Under the pieces are notes generated by a model that worked only from the letters and a program-made list of their open reading frames with translations, had not been told where the DNA came from and ran no database searches. Shown here piece after piece: positions 26,634 to 33,712 of a DNA stretch of 64,000 nt (within the stretch, counting starts at the first letter, position 1; each line of letters starts with the position of its first letter). The stretch lies in IMG/VR virus record IMGVR_UViG_3300042508_000526. One strand, given 5' to 3'. Both the position numbers and the translations under genes were made by a program. Origin of the DNA: a virus (lineage: Duplodnaviria; Caudoviricetes).

Positions 26634-27047
26634 TTATTCGACCACCACGGACTTACCGGCGTACGAGATCTCCGCGAAGGGCGTGATCACAGCCGACAAA
26701 TCCTCGACCACAGCGCCATCCACCGCCACACGGCCCATCACGATCTCCCTGCGCGCGATGCTCGCCGGGATCTGATACGCGCGCGTCAACGCCTCCACGA
26801 GATACACCGCCGGATACGCCTCGGGCGGCTTTCCCAGCTGATCGTCCAAAAGGATCAGCGCCGCCTCGATCGAAAACTCGCCCGACACCGCCGCCTTATC
26901 AGGCGAAACCACACCGTGCAGGCTGCAGGCGTACGACCCGTTCTGCTGCAGAAATCGGATCAGGCTGCGGGCCGTTGTGCTATCAAAAGCCCGGCCCACC
27001 GCCTCGTTGTTGTACGTTCCGCCGATGCCATAGATCATCAGGTTCAT
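26634..27047 (-). CDS. protein with C-terminal S4-like domain
   Basis: SIARREIVMGRVAVDGAVVEDLSAVITP. Confidence 0.65.
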   Translation of the reverse strand: MNLMIYGIGGTYNNEAVGRAFDSTTARSLIRFLQQNGSYACSLHGVVSPDKAAVSGEFSIEAALILLDDQLGKPPEAYPAVYLVEALTRAYQIPASIARREIVMGRVAVDGAVVEDLSAVITPFAEISYAGKSVVVE

Positions 27048-27051
27048 GATA

Positions 27052-27708
27052 TTAATCCCAGAGGCCCTCAAAGTACTTACCAAAGAGCAAGAGTCCACGA
27101 GACTTCCTGCTCTGCCACTCCATGTGGCCGTCCCTGTCGTACCCACCGCGGCGCATCGCGTCCTGAAACGAAAGCCCCGGTTCAGTCCGCGGTTTCGCCG
27201 GGTCCAGATCGTAATGAAACTTGTCTTCGGCGTTCGGGTCGACCATCTGCTCAAACGCCCAGATCATTTCATTCATCACCCAGTCCCACCGCTTGTGGGT
27301 GTTATCATCCGAGTACCCCATGTTCTGCTGTTCGGCAGTCAGGGGCGGCGCATTAACACTCTTCAGCTCGTCTGGTACGTCTTCGTCTTCCACGTGCGGC
27401 GAGCCGTGCTTGGTCTCTTTCAGCTGCTTGAGCATGGGCAGGACAATAAGCGCGAGCGTATCGTCCATGCCCCACGTGTCGTACGCGTCAATGCGAATCT
27501 TGACCTTGCGTGGCCAGCGGTGATTGATCCAGTTCTCCAACCGGTTTAAATAATAAAACCGCTTGAACACCCACGAATCGATCTGCTCCTGCTTGTCGTA
27601 CTCTTCTTCGTTGCGGGCGTTATACACGCCGTACCAGCGCTGGACGGCCCGCTTGAGCCACGTGTACGGCCGAAACCAGTGATCGTACGGGCCGATGTAA
27701 ACCTTCAT
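27052..27708 (-). CDS. conserved myovirus-type hypothetical protein
   Basis: KIRIDAYDTWGMDDTLALIVLPMLKQL...HGSP...WDWVMNEMIWAFE. Confidence 0.75.
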   Translation of the reverse strand: MKVYIGPYDHWFRPYTWLKRAVQRWYGVYNARNEEEYDKQEQIDSWVFKRFYYLNRLENWINHRWPRKVKIRIDAYDTWGMDDTLALIVLPMLKQLKETKHGSPHVEDEDVPDELKSVNAPPLTAEQQNMGYSDDNTHKRWDWVMNEMIWAFEQMVDPNAEDKFHYDLDPAKPRTEPGLSFQDAMRRGGYDRDGHMEWQSRKSRGLLLFGKYFEGLWD

Positions 27709-28013
27709 CGCTTCCTCCGTGAAAGAAACCGGGGCCATTGGTGCCGACAATATGGGCACTGCCAGTAGCTTACGCCGTCGTAATGCTCTGGATGATCATG
27801 CGGCAGCTCAACACCCACGATCCGGCTGAACCGGTATGGCGGGCTGTAATGATCTTCGATGTACTTCTGCAGTTCCTCGTCGGACTTGTCGGCGCACCAA
27901 TCCTGCGTCCGTAACACGTCGAAGATCGCGCCGCCATCCCAGCTGGCATTGCAGCTAGGGCAGCGACCGTGATGATCCAGCTCTATCGGCTTGTCGTCCT
28001 TAGAAACTTTCAT
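27705..28013 (-). CDS. zinc-finger protein
   Basis: CPSC and CPYC pairs. Confidence 0.65.
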   Translation of the reverse strand: MKVSKDDKPIELDHHGRCPSCNASWDGGAIFDVLRTQDWCADKSDEELQKYIEDHYSPPYRFSRIVGVELPHDHPEHYDGVSYWQCPYCRHQWPRFLSRRKR

Positions 28014-28264
28014 ACGGGCAACTCTTCTTTCGCTGGGAGTAAGCAGTACCGATCCTTGTACGGGAACACGCCGAGTGACCTCCCGTTATCCCATCGCACG
28101 CTTATCTGATGCCACTCCGGTGGACCCTCGAAGTTAACGTGCACAATCGTGCCTTCAAGCCCGGCCGGCATATCTTTCTCCACGGGCATCCATGTGGAGC
28201 CGGGATTGACCATCTGAGACAGCAACCGAATCCGCAAACCAACCGCAGGCGCAAGCGACGCCAT
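28010..28264 (-). CDS. DUF4314-like protein
   Basis: GTIVHV...QISVRWDNGRSLGV. Confidence 0.7.
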   Translation of the reverse strand: MASLAPAVGLRIRLLSQMVNPGSTWMPVEKDMPAGLEGTIVHVNFEGPPEWHQISVRWDNGRSLGVFPYKDRYCLLPAKEELPV

Positions 28265-28569
28265 TAGAAACCCTCCGGAAAGACACGAACACTTCCTGCG
28301 TTCTGCCGAAACGCAGCGATCATGGGCTTGTAGACCGACTCGCACAGCCCGTGCTGCGCGCAGAGGTCTTCGGCCCAACCCATCCCCATCCAGACGACAT
28401 CCTCGCTCGCCGTCAGGCTAGCGAGGCCGACGAGCATGCACATCAGCGTTTCAACCACATCATTGCTCACGTAGGATGCGTGCTCGATCCCGGTTGAAGA
28501 GCGGACTGCAGCAACCCGCGCCGAAAGCTGGTTCAATTTCCCAGCCTTTTTGGGATGTAATGTGATCAT
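28264..28569 (-). CDS. hypothetical protein
   Basis: ORF track; start uncertain; overlaps the upstream Cys-rich ORF. Confidence 0.45.
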   Translation of the reverse strand: MITLHPKKAGKLNQLSARVAAVRSSTGIEHASYVSNDVVETLMCMLVGLASLTASEDVVWMGMGWAEDLCAQHGLCESVYKPMIAAFRQNAGSVRVFPEGF

Positions 28570-28747
28570 AGATCCCGCAGAAGTATCGGGGCTGTTTTCC
28601 ATCGTCTTGTTGAACCTCCACAAGATGTTTACACGCTGCATCAGCCGCGCTGACGCTCTCACCAAAGCTGCAAGGCCGCCGCTTGCAGCAAAAACCAGAA
28701 TGCACACACGGCACAGCGCCGGGGTACAGCGGCAAAGGGGCAACCAT
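28460..28747 (-). CDS. Cys-rich putative metal/Fe-S binding protein (YkgJ-like)
   Basis: CVHSGFCC...C...CKHL...CGIY; AAGGAG RBS. Confidence 0.55.
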   Translation of the reverse strand: MVAPLPLYPGAVPCVHSGFCCKRRPCSFGESVSAADAACKHLVEVQQDDGKQPRYFCGIYDHITSQKGWEIEPAFGAGCCSPLFNRDRARILREQ

Positions 28748-28799
28748 CAGATGCTCCTTCGTGGTTAAGAACGCTAATGGCACAGCGCCAATAGCAAAG

Positions 28800-29140
28800 A
28801 AAAACCGGGCGGGTCGATTTACGCGTTCCCAACCCTATAACCCAAGACGAGCTGCAGCTCTTCTTGGAACCCCTCCACGCCGGAGTCGCCGCCACGATAT
28901 TCACCGCAACGGTTCCGGAAGGTAAGGAGTACCCGGTTTACAACGGCGCGCTCAGGTATGCTAGCTGGCGCTGGATACAGGACTTTGGGATCGCGCATAC
29001 CATTCCACCCTAGTTTCCTGCACCCCCGTTGTTGGCTTAGACCCGGCTGTTAATTCAGCGCTCTTACCCGATGAGGGATAAGATACGACCGCCATGTCGT
29101 AGCGTTAATTCGCGCCGCTACCCGATGAAGGATAGCTCCG
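28800..29140 (-). ncRNA. structured ncRNA candidate 3 downstream of tmRNA (pseudoknotted core 28800-29050)
   Basis: nested helices, a 7-bp pseudoknot, G-U pairs favouring the minus strand, U-rich 3' end. Confidence 0.62.
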
Positions 29141-29146
29141 GGCGAG

Positions 29147-29494
29147 TGGAGCCGGCGGGAATCGAACCCGCGTCCAGAGATGTCTCCAATAAAGACGTCT
29201 ACATGCGTAGGTTGTTGCTACTTGCGCTACAACCAAAGCCAGCCGATTATCGGCGTCAGGTGGGTTACCACCATCTTTGCGTGTCTTTCCACGCCGCCTG
29301 CTGTCTTCCCAGCGGCCAACCTGATTGGGCGATGAGGCTCAGGTCGCCTCACCCGATCACTGCGTCAAGCAGCGAGAGCGGGAGCGCTGTTGAGGGCGCC
29401 AACTAACAATGTGGGCGATTTTTAACGTGGCCCTTCGTCCAACCACGGCATGCAGTCTAGATCTTCCTCATCCTGTCGAAACCAGTACGGCCCC
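29147..29494 (-). ncRNA. ssrA: tmRNA, tag peptide (A)GALNSAPALAA
   Basis: 5' GGGGCCGTACTGGTTTCGAC, 3' GGGTTCGATTCCCGCCGGCTCCA; tag ORF 29365-29400 ending LAA-stop. Confidence 0.95.
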
Positions 29495-29500
29495 TAAATT

Positions 29501-29689
29501 TCACGCAACTGCGCTGGGCAGTGGCGTTACTTCGTAGGCGCGGCCATAAAAATAGCCGTGCCAAAAGTCGTCAACGTGTTTGTCTTGCAACAGCGCATTC
29601 TGATCCGCAACTGTTGCAGCCTCTTCCTTGTTTAGTTTCAACACGCGGCAGTTGTTGCCGAGAGTTTCCGCATACACAAGCGGTGTCAT
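29501..29689 (-). CDS. hypothetical protein
   Basis: 62 aa, AAGGGA RBS. Confidence 0.5.
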   Translation of the reverse strand: MTPLVYAETLGNNCRVLKLNKEEAATVADQNALLQDKHVDDFWHGYFYGRAYEVTPLPSAVA

Positions 29690-29775
29690 TTCGTTTCCCT
29701 TTTGTGAAAAATGAAACCAGCACGGCCACAATTGTATTAGAAACTCACCGCAAAACGTTGAGTTTCCAATATGAA

Positions 29776-29849
29776 TAACCCGGGTGGGAGTCGAACCCAC
29801 AACAAGTAGATCCTAAGTCTACCGCCTCTGCCAATTGGGCTACCGAGTC
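29776..29849 (-). tRNA. tRNA-Leu(TAG), short variable loop
   Basis: cloverleaf, anticodon loop CTTAGGA, GGTTCGACTCC T-arm; no encoded CCA. Confidence 0.9.
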
Positions 29850-29922
29850 ATTAAATGTGGCTGGTTGAGAAGGCAACCATTTAACCAAGCCCAACACCTT
29901 GCGAATGCGTTGGCACCACACA

Positions 29923-29994
29923 TGACCCCACGGGGATTCGAACCCCGATTATCGCCGTGAAAGGGCGGTGTCCTAACCATTAGACGATGGGGCC
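29923..29994 (-). tRNA. tRNA-Glu(TTC)
   Basis: canonical cloverleaf, loop CTTTCAC. Confidence 0.95.
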
Positions 29995-29998
29995 GCGG

Positions 29999-30160
29999 TC
30001 AGGCAAGTCCAACATACTCTGCTTTGCGCCAGAAGTACATTGGCATGCCGATTTGCATATGCCCGTCGCGGACGCGTGTATCCAGCGGGGCATTGTTCGA
30101 ATTTGCCCACGCAATGATACTCGTCACCGCATCGTCGCTCTGCACTGTTCTGTAAAGCAT
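29999..30160 (-). CDS. 53-aa hypothetical protein (MLYRTVQSDD...)
   Basis: translated manually; GGAG RBS. Confidence 0.5.
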   Translation of the reverse strand: MLYRTVQSDDAVTSIIAWANSNNAPLDTRVRDGHMQIGMPMYFWRKAEYVGLA

Positions 30161-30196
30161 TGGTACACTCCATTGTTATCAGAACACAAATCACAG

Positions 30197-30267
30197 TAGC
30201 CCGCCGAGGAGTCGAACCCCGCGTTGCGAGTTAATAAGACTCGCTTGCCAACCGGTTTCCGCGGGCC
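30197..30267 (-). tRNA. atypical tRNA or tRNA-like element, anticodon TAT (Ile)
   Basis: acceptor stem and T-arm intact; anticodon loop CTTATTA; non-canonical D region, G8 and U37. Confidence 0.6.
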
Positions 30268-30353
30268 GGAACGAGCGGGTGCCGGAAGCTTGGGCTTCTC
30301 CCGGCACCCGCCCTACCAGACGCGACGCGCTTTAGCGTTTCGCGGCCAGTGTG

Positions 30354-30689
30354 CTATCGGTAGCGCTTGCAGGCGAACCAGCGGCCATTTGAGCCGCGTG
30401 CTACGCCTTGGTCAACTACCCGCATACCAGACCGAGAAAAGCAACAGTTACCCAACGCGGCTTCGGGAGTGCTCCCGCTGCCGACGCCTTCGTAACCGCT
30501 GTTGCCGCCGAAGTGGCGGCACTGCCCGCATCGAGCCTGCATCTCCGCAACGCCCTGCGCAGTCGCGTTGGTAGGCTGATAGTATCGCATCGGTTGATGC
30601 GACGTGTAGCTCTCGATGATGACAGGTCCGTCAGCGCAGGCAATCCCAGCAAGCACTGACAGCACAGAAAAAACACAGACGCGAATCAT
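30354..30689 (-). CDS. secreted Cys-rich protein
   Basis: signal peptide; GYEGVG...ALGNCC...DQGVARGSNGRWFACKRY. Confidence 0.75.
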   Translation of the reverse strand: MIRVCVFSVLSVLAGIACADGPVIIESYTSHQPMRYYQPTNATAQGVAEMQARCGQCRHFGGNSGYEGVGSGSTPEAALGNCCFSRSGMRVVDQGVARGSNGRWFACKRYR

Positions 30690-30760
30690 AGATCCTCCGT
30701 GAAGAGCTGCAGGTGCGCGCAGCCCAAAAAGATCAGCCCCGCACCGGGCTTTCTGACACT

Positions 30761-31213
30761 TCAGCAGCCAGCCGGCTGCAGCACGCGGCCTTTGATGACG
30801 CGGCTGCCCGGTTTCCGGCCGGTGTTACGCACCTTATGCGCAACGCCCATCCGAATCAACCGGTTGGCCCGGGCGGCGGTGAAGATGTAGTTGTTACCGA
30901 TCATCCTGTTGGGGAGGAACGGGTTACGGTCCAGTCCCTTGTTCCCATGGCGACGCGACTCATGCGCCTCCAAGAACTTTTCGGCCGCCGCTGCGCGAAG
31001 CCCGTAAAAACGGTTCATGGTCAAGGGGCGCAAACCCAACAACTCACGACCGAAGTTAATACGAGCCCGAATCTCACGCATTGAGATCGAGCAGCTGCAG
31101 AGCCACGGATCGTTCTTTGCCACGATGGTCTCCTTATCATCCCTGATGTACAGCCGCACAGCGACTGTGTCCACTGAACAGCAAGTTACACCGTGTAACC
31201 TGCTTGCAGCCAA
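30761..31213 (-). CDS. basic hypothetical protein
   Basis: ORF track; start uncertain. Confidence 0.5.
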   Translation of the reverse strand: MAASRLHGVTCCSVDTVAVRLYIRDDKETIVAKNDPWLCSCSISMREIRARINFGRELLGLRPLTMNRFYGLRAAAAEKFLEAHESRRHGNKGLDRNPFLPNRMIGNNYIFTAARANRLIRMGVAHKVRNTGRKPGSRVIKGRVLQPAGC

Positions 31214-31226
31214 ACGCTAGCTGCAA

Positions 31227-31299
31227 TGGCCGCGGGGGGACTCGAACCCCCGCCCTCCTGCGTGTAAAGCAGGCGCTCTACCAACTGAGCTACGCGGCT
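31227..31299 (-). tRNA. tRNA-Val(TAC)
   Basis: canonical arms, loop TTTACAC; A1-C72 mismatch. Confidence 0.92.
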
Positions 31300-31307
31300 A
31301 CCGTACG

Positions 31308-31676
31308 CTATTCAGCGTCGGGTTTGATGGCGTCGAGCATGTCAACGATCTGCCGCATGTACCCACGCGGCGGAAGCGGTACCCAGCTTTTTGCGCGTTC
31401 TGGGTCGTACGGTCGCCAATATGGCGCATCGTCAGCGTCCACCACACCCCAATCGTTGTTAACAAACTTGTTGTGGTTGATGGCGTCGACAAGCCGTTGC
31501 GGCATATCTTCGTACACGAGTTGCCCGTCTGGGCCCTCGTAGCAGCACTGCGTTTGCACCGTGCTGTCGAATTTACCGATGTGGATTCCGATATTCGGAC
31601 CGAAGTAATAAACCATTTGGTTTTCTTCTGGCAGCCGATCGATACACCGAATCCATCCGTCGTTGTCCGCACTCAT
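31308..31676 (-). CDS. DUF551-like phage protein
   Basis: GWIRCIDRLPEENQMV...WRP. Confidence 0.65.
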   Translation of the reverse strand: MSADNDGWIRCIDRLPEENQMVYYFGPNIGIHIGKFDSTVQTQCCYEGPDGQLVYEDMPQRLVDAINHNKFVNNDWGVVDADDAPYWRPYDPERAKSWVPLPPRGYMRQIVDMLDAIKPDAE

Positions 31677-31954
31677 TCGTCTTCTTCCTCGTCGGGCGGG
31701 AACATGGCGTTCCAGCAGGTGTTGCAGATGCCGGACAGAAGAAACTCACGCTCGCTAGCGGGCAAGTACGGGAAACAATCCTGCACGTAATTGCCCGCTT
31801 CGAACCGCGCGTAGTCCTGCGGCTTGACGGTCACAGAGACCACCGTACCGCAGGAATAGCATGGACCCTCAATGAGGATCTGCTGCTCGCCACCATCGGT
31901 TACCTCTTCCGTGGTGCAGTTCCCGCGGAAGACGTACTTTGTTATCAAAGCCAT
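31673..31954 (-). CDS. Zn-ribbon phage protein
   Basis: CYSC...QDCFPYLPASEREFLLSGICNTCW. Confidence 0.7.
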   Translation of the reverse strand: MALITKYVFRGNCTTEEVTDGGEQQILIEGPCYSCGTVVSVTVKPQDYARFEAGNYVQDCFPYLPASEREFLLSGICNTCWNAMFPPDEEEDE

Positions 31955-31984
31955 TGAGCACCTCCCGTGAAAAAAAAAACACAA

Positions 31985-32057
31985 TAGGAGCGGTGGGACT
32001 CGAACCCACACTTGAAGAATTTTAAGTCCTTTGCCTCTGCCTTTGGGCTACACTCCC
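31985..32057 (-). tRNA. tRNA-Leu(TAA), short variable loop
   Basis: cloverleaf, loop CTTAAAA. Confidence 0.9.
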
Positions 32058-32099
32058 ACATCTGTAAGAAAAACGATGCGAATTTCTTACAGAATTAAC

Positions 32100-32375
32100 T
32101 CAGGCGTCGTCGTTGTAGTCTGCCAGCCGACGACCAGCTTTTTCGGCGGAACCGCTGTGCGCTTTCAGAAGCCCGCGCGCATCGACAGCGCGGTCGATGT
32201 AGCGGAAACACGTTTCCAACCGCAAAAACCGCGGGTAGGACTTGCGCTCCGCAAACCGGTCCAGCGCGCCACGCAAATCCTCGATGTACCGGTCAATTGC
32301 GCCGTCGTAGAATTCGGCCAACTTTTCCAGTTCATCCTTTTCGACCTCAGCGGACGACGGGCTGTTGCTCGACAT
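32100..32375 (-). CDS. hypothetical protein
   Basis: ORF track, helical. Confidence 0.55.
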   Translation of the reverse strand: MSSNSPSSAEVEKDELEKLAEFYDGAIDRYIEDLRGALDRFAERKSYPRFLRLETCFRYIDRAVDARGLLKAHSGSAEKAGRRLADYNDDA

Positions 32376-32616
32376 ACGCTAACCTTTCTTGTTGGGCGTT
32401 AGGGGTCCAGATGTAACGCTGCTCACCCACTTGGCACCACCAGCGTTGGCCGTCATGCCAGTAGATAGGCGTTGTTGCCGCGGACGGCGGCTGCAACGCT
32501 GTAGGTGTCGGGTGCGCATGTCGATACTCCGTGTAGCTCTGCCACAGCAGAGCAACCAACATGAACACCGCAGTGAGCAACCCGATGATATTCCCTTTGA
32601 TCTCAATCCCCTTCAT
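32347..32616 (-). CDS. membrane-anchored hypothetical protein
   Basis: N-terminal helix; AGGAGG RBS. Confidence 0.6.
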   Translation of the reverse strand: MKGIEIKGNIIGLLTAVFMLVALLWQSYTEYRHAHPTPTALQPPSAATTPIYWHDGQRWWCQVGEQRYIWTPNAQQERLAYVEQQPVVR

Positions 32617-32660
32617 TTCAAACCTCCTTGTTTAGAAATGAAAATCATTCAATCGACCAG

Positions 32661-32734
32661 TGCCCCCTCTAGGATTCGAACCTAGGACCAACGGATTAAA
32701 AGTCCGATGCTCTAACCAGCTGAGCTAAGGGGGC
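32661..32734 (-). tRNA. tRNA-Lys(TTT)
   Basis: canonical cloverleaf, loop CTTTTAA. Confidence 0.95.
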
Positions 32735-32766
32735 GGGCCAGCGACGCGTCACCGCGCCGCTGTAGA

Positions 32767-33426
32767 CTACTGCTTTACCCGCAGCGCTGCCGGGCGGCAT
32801 TGCCCGTTCGCGCAATCAAACGGTGATCGGCCGCCTGACGAGGATCTCTGGCCAGAGCGCTGTTCCGCTTTTTCGCGTTCAGCCTGCTCTGTCTTGAAGA
32901 AATCCCACGTCGTCGGATTCACATTGCCGTTGATCATGTGGATCTTCCATTTGCCTTTCTCGACATGGCAAATGAGCGTGTAGTAGACCAGATCGGACTC
33001 AGGCAATAGCGCGGAGTTACCGCGATACGCCGTATAGTCCTCGTCGTCTGCGTTGGCCGGCATGGTCTGTTGCGTTACGACAACAGAACAGCGATGCCCG
33101 CCCGGATATGCGCTAGAGGCATTGCTATCGCCGCCCCAGCGCAAATCCACCAAACGCACATACACGTCGAAGTCCTCGAACGCCTGCGCCGTCTCGCGAC
33201 GAAATTCTTCGCGATCAGGGCAGTAGCTCGTGTGGGTGTCCATGAGTTTTTCGATGTCTTCCGTATTGACCGCTTGGAAGTTGGCTTCCACGACGGCCCG
33301 AATTTCAGACATCGCCCACTCCTCGAACGCCGGGTCGCGAACGTCATGATGGCGCGGGAAGCCATCACGGCCGTACGCGGCGACACACAAGCACAGACCG
33401 ACAAGACCAAACACCAGACGCTTCAT
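32767..33426 (-). CDS. secreted NTF2/SnoaL-like protein
   Basis: signal peptide; FQAVNTEDIEKLMDT...GKWKI; C-terminal CANGQC. Confidence 0.65.
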   Translation of the reverse strand: MKRLVFGLVGLCLCVAAYGRDGFPRHHDVRDPAFEEWAMSEIRAVVEANFQAVNTEDIEKLMDTHTSYCPDREEFRRETAQAFEDFDVYVRLVDLRWGGDSNASSAYPGGHRCSVVVTQQTMPANADDEDYTAYRGNSALLPESDLVYYTLICHVEKGKWKIHMINGNVNPTTWDFFKTEQAEREKAEQRSGQRSSSGGRSPFDCANGQCRPAALRVKQ

Positions 33427-33432
33427 GGTGCT

Positions 33433-33603
33433 CTACCTCCGTAAGCAGAGATCAGCAAATGCGCCGCCAGCAGCCATGCCAGCGAACGCAAAAATTGATT
33501 CTGCGGTTGGGTTACCGATGCTTCTGCCGGCAAGATAGCCGATGGCTGTTCCGCCGACGGTGCAGAAGACAATCAGTATTTCTCGAACAATCGGGTAAGG
33601 CAT
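33433..33603 (-). CDS. 56-aa membrane protein (MPYPIVREIL...)
   Basis: translated manually; CACGGAGG RBS. Confidence 0.6.
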   Translation of the reverse strand: MPYPIVREILIVFCTVGGTAIGYLAGRSIGNPTAESIFAFAGMAAGGAFADLCLRR

Positions 33604-33667
33604 GATACCCTCCGTGAAAACCCGAATGCGTCAAAATCTGCGAACACATATTCGCAGTGCGCAAAGA

Positions 33668-33695
33668 ATATGCCACGATATTGCGCGTAATTTAG
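33668..33695 (-). promoter_or_regulatory. phage promoter CTAAAT-N17-CATAT
   Basis: motif copy followed by the CTGCGAA/TTCGCAG hairpin. Confidence 0.75.
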
Positions 33696-33712
33696 CCGTT
33701 TTTGCCGGCTAA

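Noticed and set aside
28800-29060. RNase P or SRP RNA
   Set aside because: Only partial look-alikes (AAAGTCC, GACCCGGCT, CCGGAAGG) on inconsistent strands; the conserved regions are missing.
29850-29922. tRNA-associated theta (HDV-like) ribozyme between Glu and Leu tRNAs
   Set aside because: Two hairpins inside a closing stem are present, but the nested double-pseudoknot P1/P1.1/P2/P3 pattern could not be built.
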